DNA of 64,000 nucleotides from Gemmatimonadota bacterium. GTDB taxonomy: Bacteria; Gemmatimonadota; Gemmatimonadetes; Longimicrobiales; RSA9. Location of the stretch: assembly GCA_040905425.1 (NCBI GenBank), contig JBBDRO010000100.1, positions 66,953-130,952 on the forward strand. The letters are read 5' to 3'. Every line of letters starts with the position of its first letter. Positions within the stretch are counted from its first letter, which is position 1. Below the pieces are notes generated by a model. The model was not told where the DNA came from. It saw nothing but the letters and a program-made list of their open reading frames with translations, and did not search any database. This document shows positions 45,683 to 54,849 of the stretch, piece by piece. The translations under genes and the position numbers were made by a program.

Positions 45683-46312
45683 CTAGGTAGTGGCTGCGCC
45701 CGTCGGCGGCGCTTCGATCTTCTGACGGAAGCGGCGCGACAGGCTCTGCAACGTGAGCTGGCTGACCGCCTTCAGGGTGTCGAAGACGCCGTCCCCGGTG
45801 AGCGCCGCGGCCGGGAACGCCGGTACGTCACGAAAGTTCAACGTGTCATCCAGGTCGGCCACGCTCATGATCCCCGGCAGGTCCCGCTTGTTGTACTGCA
45901 GGACCATGGGGAAGTCTTCCAGCTCCACGTTTTCCTCCAGGAGATTCTCGTGGAGATTGCGCAGACTGTCCACGTTCTCCTCCATCTTCTCCCGCTGCGA
46001 ATCGGCCACGAAGACCACGCCGTCGGCCCCGCGCAGTACCAGCTTGCGGGTGGCGTTGTAGTACACCTGACCGGGCACCGTGTACAGTTGTACGCGCGTC
46101 CGGAACCCTGAGATCGTGCCCAGGTCGAGCGGCAGGAAATCGAAGAAGAGCGTGCGGTCTGTCTCCGTGGCCAGGGAGACCATGGGTCCCTTCCGCTCGT
46201 CCGGCACGTACGCGTGCACGTACTGGAGGTTGCTCGTCTTGCCGGACCGCCCCGGCCCGTAATAGACAATCTTGCAGGTGATCTCACGGGTGGAATAATT
46301 GACCAGGGACAT
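45683..46312 (-). CDS. mglA: Ras-like small GTPase MglA
   Basis: MSLVNYSTREITCKIVYYGPGRSGKTSNLQY...TETDRTLFFDFLP...LYTVPGQVYY...QYNKRDLP. It is near-collinear with Myxococcus MglA as I recall it, including the intrinsic Arg and Gln positions. Confidence 0.93.
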   Translation of the reverse strand: MSLVNYSTREITCKIVYYGPGRSGKTSNLQYVHAYVPDERKGPMVSLATETDRTLFFDFLPLDLGTISGFRTRVQLYTVPGQVYYNATRKLVLRGADGVVFVADSQREKMEENVDSLRNLHENLLEENVELEDFPMVLQYNKRDLPGIMSVADLDDTLNFRDVPAFPAAALTGDGVFDTLKAVSQLTLQSLSRRFRQKIEAPPTGAATT

Positions 46313-46342
46313 GGTTCGATTCCTGGGAGGGGGAGGCGTTCG

Positions 46343-46828
46343 TCAATCCGGGTCCGACTCGAAGACCCGCTGGATCCCCGCTTCGAGATCTCGCTCGAAA
46401 CTGGCCTGATCCGTGGATCCCAGGTCGGCGCCGAATATGGGCAATGCGGCCAGGTCGGCCGCCAGACGGTCGAAGAAGAACTGTACCAGACCGAGCGTGG
46501 AGCCGCCGTCGAAGATCGTCACCACGATCAATTCCTCTACCGGAGTCTTCACGGGTGCCAGGAAGAGCTGCCGCTCCCTGCCCGCATGGTAGAGATGGGT
46601 CCACCGCCCCGCGCCCGAAATCTCGGCGAGCATACGGGAGGAGGCGTGTGCCGCCGCGGCCAGCGATGCCACGTTCACCACTTCGTAGCTGCTGGCAAAC
46701 CCGTGCTGCGCCAGCACCTGCCCCGAGTGGTTCACCAGCAGCGCCAGGCGGACCCGCGCCTCGCGTACGAAGCCATGCATGGGCTCGCGCACCGCACCCA
46801 TGATGGCGGGCAGTTCGTCACTTCTCAT
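46343..46828 (-). CDS. mglB: Roadblock/LC7 protein MglB (MglA GAP family) with an acidic tail
   Basis: ALLVNHSGQVLAQHG...VVTIFDGGSTLGLVQFFFDRLAADL parallels MglB VVIFDNRTSLGLVRLRIKKASDEL. The gene order mglB-mglA matches Myxococcus. Confidence 0.85.
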   Translation of the reverse strand: MRSDELPAIMGAVREPMHGFVREARVRLALLVNHSGQVLAQHGFASSYEVVNVASLAAAAHASSRMLAEISGAGRWTHLYHAGRERQLFLAPVKTPVEELIVVTIFDGGSTLGLVQFFFDRLAADLAALPIFGADLGSTDQASFERDLEAGIQRVFESDPD

Positions 46829-47175
46829 TGCAGCCCCGCCGCCGCGCGCTCGGCCTCAACGCGGATCATACCCAGCTGAGCGTCGGATTCGGCGATGGCC
46901 ACCACCACGAGCGGACCCGCGCCCGCCATCACCACATGGCCGCCCGCGGCCTCGAGCTGTACGGCCGTGAGCGCACCCATGGAACCGGCGGCCGTGGCAT
47001 GGCCGGCCCGTTGGAAGAGGGAAGCGGCCAGGGCCGCCAGCGGGCCACCGTCCACGCCGGCGGCCAGTTCGGCGGTCACCGGGACACCCGTCTCGGCCTC
47101 CACCACCATGGCGCCCCGTACACCCTGTACACGGGTGAGGGCGGCAACAGCCGCATCGAACGCGTCGGGATTCAT
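46825..47175 (-). CDS. Stand-alone Roadblock/LC7 domain protein (second paralogue)
   Basis: Start at MNPDAFDAAVAALTRVQGVRGAMVVEAETGVPV. 116 aa, with 4-nt overlaps at both ends. Confidence 0.75.
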   Translation of the reverse strand: MNPDAFDAAVAALTRVQGVRGAMVVEAETGVPVTAELAAGVDGGPLAALAASLFQRAGHATAAGSMGALTAVQLEAAGGHVVMAGAGPLVVVAIAESDAQLGMIRVEAERAAAGLQ

Positions 47176-48155
47176 GCGTAGCTCTCCAGGAAGCGGCTGG
47201 CCAGTTCGCGCGCCCGCGCGGCCCCGCGCATCACCCATCCCACGGGCGCATCGCGCCGGGCCGCCAGGACCACCACGGTATCACCCGGAGCCGGCGCCAG
47301 GTGCAGCAGGGCCACCTCCGTGTGCAGCAGGATGCCCTCCCATGCGCCCAGGCTCAGGTGCTCGGCCGTGCGAGCCGCTTCCTCCACGGCGTCGCCCAGA
47401 CCGGCGCCCAGCCCTTCCGCCGAGGCATCGGCCGGCTCCCGCAGCGTGCCCGCCAGGATGAGGCCCTGCGCATCCAGCAGCAGCGCGCCGAGCACCGGCC
47501 CGCGCATCACGGCGTCGAAGAGGCGCGTGGGGTCCTCGGCCAGGACCGCCGCGTGCGCCGCGTGCGCCGCGTGCGCCGCCTCCGCCGCCTCCACCGCCGC
47601 CGCGTCGACGGGCGGAGACGGCCGCGGGGCGGGAGCCACCTCGGCCGCCGCGGCCCCGGAGGGATGGCCGTCGGCGCCATGGCCCGCGGTCGTGGTGCCA
47701 CCGAACGGATCCGGCGCGGCCTTGACCTTGCGCGCCTCCTGACGCTGCCGCAGCAACTGCAGCGCCTCCCGCACCGCGGGATCGGCCGGCCGGGTCAGCG
47801 CGGCCGCTTCCAGATGCTGCCGCGAACGCTCCAACTCGCCCGTCTCAAGGTAACAGAAACCAAGACCGCGCAGCGCATCGAAGTTGCCGGGGTCCAGGCG
47901 CAGCACCATGGACCACTCGTCCGCGGCGCGCTCCCGATCCCCCGCTTCCAGGTAGAGCAGCGCCAGCAGCCCGTGACCCTCCACGTTCATGGGGTGCGCT
48001 TCCAACCCGCGCAGGCAGAGATTGAGTGCGGCGTCGCGCTGCCCCTGGCGCCGGTAGGCGCGGGCCAGCGGCAGGAACGCCAGCGAGCCGGGGTCACTGG
48101 CCACCTCCTGGCTCCAGCGTTGCAGATCCGCCGTCACGGGTCGCGTCATTGCCAC
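47172..48155 (-). CDS. TPR (N-terminal) plus Roadblock/LC7 (C-terminal) fusion protein
   Basis: N-terminal TPRs (LARAYRRQGQRDAALNLCLRGLEAHPMN, VLRLDPGNFDALRGLGFCY) and an Ala/His-rich linker. The C-terminal VLGALLLDAQGLILAGTL...VVVLAARRDAPVGWV is Roadblock-like. Confidence 0.7.
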   Translation of the reverse strand: MAMTRPVTADLQRWSQEVASDPGSLAFLPLARAYRRQGQRDAALNLCLRGLEAHPMNVEGHGLLALLYLEAGDRERAADEWSMVLRLDPGNFDALRGLGFCYLETGELERSRQHLEAAALTRPADPAVREALQLLRQRQEARKVKAAPDPFGGTTTAGHGADGHPSGAAAAEVAPAPRPSPPVDAAAVEAAEAAHAAHAAHAAVLAEDPTRLFDAVMRGPVLGALLLDAQGLILAGTLREPADASAEGLGAGLGDAVEEAARTAEHLSLGAWEGILLHTEVALLHLAPAPGDTVVVLAARRDAPVGWVMRGAARARELASRFLESYA

Positions 48156-48180
48156 TCCTCGTTGCCGCCATGCAGGAAGC

Positions 48181-49305
48181 TCATCGGGCCCCGCTCTCGA
48201 CCACCCGCGTCAGCACGCGCAGGGCGGCCAACCCCTCATCCACGACCTTCCGCTCATCACCATCGGGCATCAGGCGCAGGTAGGTGTCCCATGCGCGCGC
48301 GCCGCGCTCCAGGTCCCCGGTGCGCACGGCCGAGAAGCCCAGGCGGAAGTGCCCTTCGGTGGAGAGCGGATCCAGCCCCACGGCCCGTGCGTAAGCCTCC
48401 GTTGCCGCGCGCATGCGCCGCTGCGCCTCCAGGGCCCGACCCGCCAGCAGGGCAATCTCCGCGTGCTCGGGGTATGCGGTCTCGAGTTCCGCGGCCAGTT
48501 TCTGCGCCTCCTCCACACGGCCGTCGGCCAGGTGTTGCTCGGCCCGCGCCATGGCCTCCCGGAGCTCACCTTCCGGTACGTGGCTGCGCTGCTCCTGCAC
48601 CTGCAGCACACCCGTGCTCACCAGTCCGTAGATCGTCTTGGCCACGTCGAACGCGCTGCGTCCCAGGTCCGCCGCGATCTGCCGGATATCCCGGTGCGCG
48701 TCGATTTCCGCGAGCACCTCCCACTCCTCCGTGCGCAGGTCGAGCGGCGCCGCCTCGCGCTCGGCGGCCGGGGCCAGCACCGGCACCGCCTCGGGACCGG
48801 GCACCTTGGATTCCAGCCGCGTCCATTCATCGATCCGCCGGGCACCCTCCATGAGCAGCGACTCCACCCGCACCTGGGCCAGCAGGCGGCCCTGACCGAT
48901 GCCGGCACGCTCCTCGAAGCGGAAGTACCCCTCGTCCCAGCCCATCAGTTCGTAGACGGTCTCCTCCATCTGGAAGCGGAGTTGCCGCTCCAGTTCTTCC
49001 TCCGTGATGCTCCCCATCTCCAGGAGGATCTCGGCCAGTCGGCGCGTGGGGTCGGTGCGCTGCAGTTCGAGCGCGCGATCCAACTCCCGCTGCGTGAGTC
49101 GACCGGCCCGGATGAGCAGCTGCCCCAGCCGCCGCGGCGAGCGCCGCCGTACCGCGAACACGATGGCGCCCCGACTGAAGTGGACGATGGCCTCGTCGTT
49201 CAAACGATCCGAGCGAACCGTCAGCACGCCGGTCTTGTGCGCCAGTTCGAGGAGCTGGAGCACGTCCTGGATGCTGAGTTCCTCGAGGGGCCCCTCGATG
49301 GCCAC
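48181..49305 (-). CDS. PATAN (DUF4388) domain protein with a helical insertion and C-terminal TPR repeats (paralogue 1)
   Basis: GTG start at VAIEGPLEELSIQDVLQLLELAHKTGVLTV. The insertion is LGQLLIRAGRLTQRELDRALELQ / LAEILLEMGSITEEELERQ, followed by TPRs. The upstream 96 aa of the track ORF overlap the TPR gene. Confidence 0.75.
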   Translation of the reverse strand: MAIEGPLEELSIQDVLQLLELAHKTGVLTVRSDRLNDEAIVHFSRGAIVFAVRRRSPRRLGQLLIRAGRLTQRELDRALELQRTDPTRRLAEILLEMGSITEEELERQLRFQMEETVYELMGWDEGYFRFEERAGIGQGRLLAQVRVESLLMEGARRIDEWTRLESKVPGPEAVPVLAPAAEREAAPLDLRTEEWEVLAEIDAHRDIRQIAADLGRSAFDVAKTIYGLVSTGVLQVQEQRSHVPEGELREAMARAEQHLADGRVEEAQKLAAELETAYPEHAEIALLAGRALEAQRRMRAATEAYARAVGLDPLSTEGHFRLGFSAVRTGDLERGARAWDTYLRLMPDGDERKVVDEGLAALRVLTRVVESGAR

Positions 49306-49318
49306 GCGCCCTCCCCGC

Positions 49319-52012
49319 CTACGTGGCCGCGACCGGCGCCGCGCCCGGCGCCGCGCTCTGGAGCCGCTCCAGCGCAGCGCTGGCGTCCGCGTTGCCGGGG
49401 TCGAAGCCGAGGGCGCGCCGATAGGCCACGCGCGCCTTGCCGTGCATGCCGGCATCCTCCAGCACCGCCCCCAGGCGAACCAGACCCTGGAGGTGGTAGG
49501 GATCCACCGTGAGGAGATCCACCAAGGCGGCGATGGCCTCGCGGTGGTGCCCGCGCCCGCGCTCGACCTCCGCCAGCCCGAGCGCGGCCTCACCGTAGCT
49601 GGGCAGGACCGCCAGCGCCACGCGGTACTCCGCCGCCGCCGCCGCCGCGTCCCCCCGCCGCGTCAGCACCCGTGCCAGAGCCGTGCGCGCCGCCGGCGCG
49701 TCCCCGCCACGCTCCAGAGCGTCACGCAACGCCCGCTCGGCGCGGGCCGTTTCGCCGGCCTCCAGGGCGGCGCGACCGAGCTGCGTGAGCAGGCCGGGAT
49801 TGGCCGGTCCGGTGTCCACGGCCTCCTCCAGGACCAGCATGGCCCGGCCGTGGTCGCCCACCTGGGTCAGTCCCTCCGCCAGCGTGCGCAGCGCCACCAC
49901 GTCACCCGGGAACAGCTCGGTGAGTCGCTCGGCCGCCTCCACCGCTTCCCGCGGCCTGTCGAGCTGGAGCAGCGAGCGGGCGGCGCCGAGCAACGCCCTG
50001 CCGAGGGCGGCCTCGCCCTCGTCGTCCTCGTCGCTCGCCGTACCACCTCGCGCCACCTCGGCCAGGGCGGCCTCGAAACGCTCCACCGCCTCACCCGCCG
50101 CGCCGCGGCGCAGGAAAGCCTCACCCTGCAGAAGGAGGCCCTGCACCCGGGGGCCGCCCTCCTGGATCATGTGCAGGGCCTCACGCTGCACCGCCTCCAG
50201 GTCTCCCCGGTCGAGCGCGGCCTGCGCCGCGGCCAGCCGGCTCCGGCCGCCCGCGGGGGAAGCGGCCTGGCCCGAACCCTCCCGGGCAAAGACCGAATCC
50301 AGCTCGCCCGCATCAGGCACGAAGGCCTCGATGGGCTGCCCGGGGCGGACCTCCTCCGCCGCGTCCAGCTCGGGCGCCAGCACGCTCGTCTCCTCGTACT
50401 GCAGGTCGATGAGCAGCCGGTGGCGCGCGGGGGGGATGAAGGGGCTCTTCTCCAGGGCGTGCCGGGTCTCCCGCAGCGCACCCTCGTAGTCCCCCAGTGC
50501 GGACAGGGCGAACGCCAGGTTGTAGCGTGCCTCGGCCAGGTCGGGGTCGAGCTCTACCGCGCGTACGAGAGCATCGCGCGCTCCGGAGGCATCGCCACCC
50601 TCCATGAGCGCGGCGCCCAGCCCGGCCCAGGCGGGGGCGGCGCCGTCATCGGCCTGCAGGGCCACGCGAAAGGTCTCGACCGCCTCGCCATGGCGGCCGG
50701 CGCGTTGCAGCAGGAGCGCCAGGTTGCGGGCCACGTCGGCCGTGGCCCGTCCGCCCTCGAGTGCTCGCCGCAGCAGTTGCTCGGCCGGCTGCGGCCGCCC
50801 CTGGTGCAGCTCCGCGACGGCCAGGTTGTTCAGGACCAGGACGTAACTACCGTCCAGTTCGAGCCCGCGCCGGTAGGCGGCCGCGGCACCGTCCAGATCC
50901 CCCTGCTGGTGCCGCGCCACGCCAAGCTCGTTCCACAGCTTGGGAGAATCAGCCTGCTGCCGCGTGAGCGCCTCGTAGAGACTGACGGCTTCCGCGTCCC
51001 CCCGCAGCAGCAGCATCTCCGCCTGGGCCTGCTGCACCAGTTGAGCGTCCTCCCCCCTTTCCGTGGCCAGGCGGAACTCCCGCAGCGCCTCGTCGAAAAG
51101 CGCCTTCTGCCGGAAGGCAATGCCCAGATTGTAGTGGGCCAGCGCCGCGTTCTCGGCCACGGCGGGTCCCTCGCCACGCTCGCCCACCAGCTCCTGATAC
51201 CGGGCGTTGCTGTGGCTGTCCAGGGACAGATTGGTCTCGGCGCGGGACAGTGACGGGTTGAGCTCGGACGCACGGGCCGCAGCGCTGCCCGCCTGTTCCT
51301 CCATGCCCAGGTCACCGTAAACGAAGGCCAGGAGGTGATGCGCCTCCGCCAGCGACGGCTGGAGCTGGACCGCCATCTCCAGCGGTCCCCGCGCCTCGGC
51401 GCTTCGTCCCTGCTGGTACTTCACCTCCCCCATGAGGAGGTGTGCGCGGGCGTTCGAAGCGTCCAGCGCCGCCGCGTTGCCCAGCGCCACCAGCGCCTCG
51501 TCCGGACTGCCCCGCCGCAGCTCGGCGCGCGCCAGCATGAGGTAGACGGCGGCGTCGCGCGGACGACCCGTCTGGACGGCACGCCACTCACGCACCGCCG
51601 CCTCGGCGTCCCCCGAATGGTAGTAGGCGCGCGCGAGCCGCTCCCGGGCCACGAGGTCATCGGCGTCGCGAGCCAGCGCGGCGCGGGCATCGGCCACCAG
51701 CCGCTCGAAGTAGCCGGTGCCGAAGAAGACGATGCGCAGATTGCGCTCCGCCACCTGCATGCGGGGATCCAGTTCGAGGGCGCGCTCGAACTGTTCCGCG
51801 GCATCCCCGAAGAGTCCCTTGTGATAGTAGACCACGCCCAGGTTGTTGTGGGCGTTCGGGTCATCCTGCTTGATACGGCGGGCCAGGCCGCGGAGCAACT
51901 CGGCGTCCCGCTCCGAACGCGGCTGTGCGCCCTGGGGCCGGCTGCGCGGACCGTCGCCTCGATCCCGCCAGGGAAGCGTGGGCTGCTGCGGCTCGGGCCG
52001 GGGCGTACTCAC
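49319..52012 (-). CDS. Large TPR-repeat protein (897 aa)
   Basis: About 20 TPR-like units throughout (NNLGVVYYHKGLFGDAAEQFERALELDP, YNLGIAFRQKALFDEALREF, WNELGVARHQQGDLDGAAAAYRRGLELD). The GTG start overlaps the cheC stop (GTGA). Confidence 0.8.
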   Translation of the reverse strand: MSTPRPEPQQPTLPWRDRGDGPRSRPQGAQPRSERDAELLRGLARRIKQDDPNAHNNLGVVYYHKGLFGDAAEQFERALELDPRMQVAERNLRIVFFGTGYFERLVADARAALARDADDLVARERLARAYYHSGDAEAAVREWRAVQTGRPRDAAVYLMLARAELRRGSPDEALVALGNAAALDASNARAHLLMGEVKYQQGRSAEARGPLEMAVQLQPSLAEAHHLLAFVYGDLGMEEQAGSAAARASELNPSLSRAETNLSLDSHSNARYQELVGERGEGPAVAENAALAHYNLGIAFRQKALFDEALREFRLATERGEDAQLVQQAQAEMLLLRGDAEAVSLYEALTRQQADSPKLWNELGVARHQQGDLDGAAAAYRRGLELDGSYVLVLNNLAVAELHQGRPQPAEQLLRRALEGGRATADVARNLALLLQRAGRHGEAVETFRVALQADDGAAPAWAGLGAALMEGGDASGARDALVRAVELDPDLAEARYNLAFALSALGDYEGALRETRHALEKSPFIPPARHRLLIDLQYEETSVLAPELDAAEEVRPGQPIEAFVPDAGELDSVFAREGSGQAASPAGGRSRLAAAQAALDRGDLEAVQREALHMIQEGGPRVQGLLLQGEAFLRRGAAGEAVERFEAALAEVARGGTASDEDDEGEAALGRALLGAARSLLQLDRPREAVEAAERLTELFPGDVVALRTLAEGLTQVGDHGRAMLVLEEAVDTGPANPGLLTQLGRAALEAGETARAERALRDALERGGDAPAARTALARVLTRRGDAAAAAAEYRVALAVLPSYGEAALGLAEVERGRGHHREAIAALVDLLTVDPYHLQGLVRLGAVLEDAGMHGKARVAYRRALGFDPGNADASAALERLQSAAPGAAPVAAT

Positions 52013-52626
52013 ACGAGCCTCAGCGCCCGGAGCATGGCCTCCAGCGACGCGTCATCCGGAATGAGCAGGAAGTGGGCGCCCATCTCCGTTTTACCGTCCA
52101 GCATGAGGTCCGTATTCATGACGAAGACAAAGTCCTGGTCCGCACCGAAATTCACATAGCTGGTGGACAGCACCGCGCCCACCATGTCCATGGCAAAGGA
52201 GGGCACGGACATGATGAGCAGCATGCCCATGAACTCGGAGAGCGCGTTCAGGTAGGCGCCCACGATGATGTTGCCCACCTCTTCCAGGATGGACTGCTCG
52301 GCCGGTCCGAGATCACGTGGGAACTCCAGGCCCTTGCGGCCTCCCATGATCTCCACCAGTACGGCGGCGGTGCCAGCGGGGAAAAGCTGGAGGGTTCGTC
52401 CGGTGACGTCCCCCAGGACCTTCATCACCACGGCGGAGACGGGCTCCTGGGGGTCGCCCATGGCCGAGGAAACATCCTCGAGTGCCACTACCTTCACCTC
52501 GGGCACTGACACGGTGATGGCCCGCGTGGTCATGTCCGACAACGCCGTGGCCGCGTGCCCCGCGCCGATATTGGCGATCTCGCGGAGCGCGGAGTACTGG
52601 ATCTCGGTGAGGCCGCGCACGTCCAT
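52009..52626 (-). CDS. cheC: CheC-family CheY-P phosphatase
   Basis: Two CheC repeats: SALREIANIGAGHAATALS and ILEEVGNIIVGAYLNALS (the D/S-X3-E-X2-N-X22-P type context); 205 aa. Confidence 0.85.
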   Translation of the reverse strand: MDVRGLTEIQYSALREIANIGAGHAATALSDMTTRAITVSVPEVKVVALEDVSSAMGDPQEPVSAVVMKVLGDVTGRTLQLFPAGTAAVLVEIMGGRKGLEFPRDLGPAEQSILEEVGNIIVGAYLNALSEFMGMLLIMSVPSFAMDMVGAVLSTSYVNFGADQDFVFVMNTDLMLDGKTEMGAHFLLIPDDASLEAMLRALRLV

Positions 52627-52630
52627 TCGA

Positions 52631-54442
52631 TCAGCTCACACTCAGGGGGTCCAGCACCAGGGCGGGCCTGCCATCCGCCAGCAGCGTGGCGCCGGAGAAG
52701 AGCGGCAGCGCCCCCACGCCCGGATGGAAGGCCTTCACGAGGATCTGCTCGCGGCGTACGATCTCGTCCACGCCCAACGCAAAGCGACGTTCGCCCGACT
52801 CGGCCACCACCGCCGCCCGCTCGCCCCCCTCCGGATCCACCCCCAGGACGGCGCGCATGCGGATGAGCCGGACCGGCTCGTCACGCAGTACGAGCCATTC
52901 CCCCGTGCCGTCCACGCGCACCGAAGTGAGGGCAAAATCCACCGCCTCCGATACGTGCGTGAGCGGCACGGCGTAGATCTCCTGGCCCACCCGCACCTGC
53001 AGGGCGGGCGCCACGGCCAGCGTGAGCGGCAGCCGCATCACGAAGTCGGTGCCCTGCCCCGTCCGGGTCCGCATGTCGATAGCGCCGCCGAGCGCGCGCA
53101 CACGGTTCACCACCGCGTCCAGCCCCACCCCACGGCCTGAGACCTCCGTCACCGCGGCGGCCGTGGAGAAGCCGGGGTGGCTGAGGATCCGAAAGAGCTC
53201 GTCGTCTTCCAGCACGCCGTCGAAATCGGCGGGCAGGATGCCACGCTCCTGTGCGCGTTCCACCACCGTCTCCTGATGCACGCCGCCGCCATCGTCCTGC
53301 AGGGTGATCCGCACGCTCGTGCGCTCGCGCTCGGCGGCCAGGCGGATCTGCCCGCGGGGAACCTTGCCAGCGGCACGGCGCGCCTCGTTGCCCTCCAGGC
53401 CGTGGTCTACGGCGTTGCGCAGGAGATGGACGATGGGATCCACGATCTCGTCGAGGATGGCACGGTCGAGTTCGATGTCCTGCCCCTCCATGACCAGTTC
53501 CACGTCCTTGCCGAGCGAGCGGGCCGCGTCCCGCACCACGCGGGGGAAGCGCTGGAAAACGTCGGCCACCGGGACCATGCGCATCGAGAGCACTGCGTGC
53601 TGCAGCTCGGACGCCACGGTACTGATGCGGGAAGCGACGTCCCCCATCCCGTTCACGGCGGCTACGTCCAGCTCTCCGGCATACTCCGCCAGCCGGCCCT
53701 GCAGCACGGCCAGTTCCGCCACGCGCTCGGCCACCTCGTCGAGGCGCCGCTGATCCACGCGCACCTGGGTAGCGGTGGCCCGAGCCGGACCGGACCGCCC
53801 GGCCGCCTGCGAGTCCCCCCGCTCGACCGTGGCGCTGGCCACCTCCCCCGCCGCGCGCAGCGCCACCGTGACGGCCTCCGCGTCGGCATCCTCCTCGAGC
53901 AGAACCAGAAAACGTCCGTCGAAGGCCTCGTCGAACTCCGCGGGTAGCGTACCTACGACTCCTCCCACCGCGCGCGCCGCGACCACCGCGAGCAGCGCGC
54001 GCGCGGCTTTGATGGGCGCGTCCTCTTCCAGGCGCACGCGCACGGCGGGCACGCCGGCCGGGCGGGCCGGTCCGGCACGGTCCCGCCCCGCGGTCCCCGC
54101 GGGTGCGGCCGCGGCGGCCACGTCGGGTGACGGATCCAGCGCGGCGGCCTGGAGCCGGTCGGCCGCGGCCAGCAAGGCGTCCACGAGTTCCGGGTCCACC
54201 TCCAGCGTGCCAGCACGCACCGCGTCCAAGCGGTCCTCGAGCGCGTGTGCCTGCTCGGTCACCAGGGTGTAGCCCATGCTCGCGGCCATCCCCTTCAGGG
54301 TGTGGGCGGCACGGAACGCCGCGGCCACCGCCTGGCGCGCCTCCTCCCCGCCCGCTTCCAGGGCCAGGATGCTCTGGGTCAGCCGCTGCAGATGCTCTTC
54401 GGCCTCGGCTGCGTAGAGGGCGCGGAAGCGGTCGACATCCAT
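52631..54442 (-). CDS. cheA: Chemotaxis histidine kinase CheA
   Basis: Start at MDVDRFRALYAAEAEEHL. Hpt domain AAHTLKGMAASMG, then a dimerisation/HATPase region (HLLRNAVDHGLE, DDGGG, GRGVGLDAV) and a C-terminal CheW-like domain. Confidence 0.93.
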   Translation of the reverse strand: MDVDRFRALYAAEAEEHLQRLTQSILALEAGGEEARQAVAAAFRAAHTLKGMAASMGYTLVTEQAHALEDRLDAVRAGTLEVDPELVDALLAAADRLQAAALDPSPDVAAAAAPAGTAGRDRAGPARPAGVPAVRVRLEEDAPIKAARALLAVVAARAVGGVVGTLPAEFDEAFDGRFLVLLEEDADAEAVTVALRAAGEVASATVERGDSQAAGRSGPARATATQVRVDQRRLDEVAERVAELAVLQGRLAEYAGELDVAAVNGMGDVASRISTVASELQHAVLSMRMVPVADVFQRFPRVVRDAARSLGKDVELVMEGQDIELDRAILDEIVDPIVHLLRNAVDHGLEGNEARRAAGKVPRGQIRLAAERERTSVRITLQDDGGGVHQETVVERAQERGILPADFDGVLEDDELFRILSHPGFSTAAAVTEVSGRGVGLDAVVNRVRALGGAIDMRTRTGQGTDFVMRLPLTLAVAPALQVRVGQEIYAVPLTHVSEAVDFALTSVRVDGTGEWLVLRDEPVRLIRMRAVLGVDPEGGERAAVVAESGERRFALGVDEIVRREQILVKAFHPGVGALPLFSGATLLADGRPALVLDPLSVS

Positions 54443-54452
54443 GGAGGTCGGT

Positions 54453-54815
54453 TCAGCCCAGCACGCGCTGTACGGCTTCGAGCACGCGGGAAGGCTGGAA
54501 CGGTTTGACCACGAAGTCGCGCGCCCCCGCCTGGATAGCTTCGATGACCAGCGCCTGCTGTCCCATGGCGCTGCACATGAGGATACGGGCTTTGGGGAAC
54601 TCCTTGACGATCGCGCGCACGGCATCGATACCGCCCATGTCCGGCATCACGATGTCCATGGTGACCAGATCCGGTTTCAACTCGCGGTATTGTTCCACCG
54701 CCTCGGAGCCGGTCTGCGCTTCACCGACCACCTCGAAGCCCGCCTGCTTCAGGATCTCTCCCAGCATGGTGCGCATGAAGAGTGCGTCATCGCAGATCAG
54801 AACGGTTCGTGCCAT
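54453..54815 (-). CDS. cheY: Chemotaxis response regulator CheY (stand-alone receiver)
   Basis: MARTVLICDDALFMR...DLVTMDIVMPDMGG...FVVKPF; 120 aa. Confidence 0.93.
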   Translation of the reverse strand: MARTVLICDDALFMRTMLGEILKQAGFEVVGEAQTGSEAVEQYRELKPDLVTMDIVMPDMGGIDAVRAIVKEFPKARILMCSAMGQQALVIEAIQAGARDFVVKPFQPSRVLEAVQRVLG

Positions 54816-54849
54816 GGTTCCTCGATGGGATGGTTCGTGCGGCGGCGCC

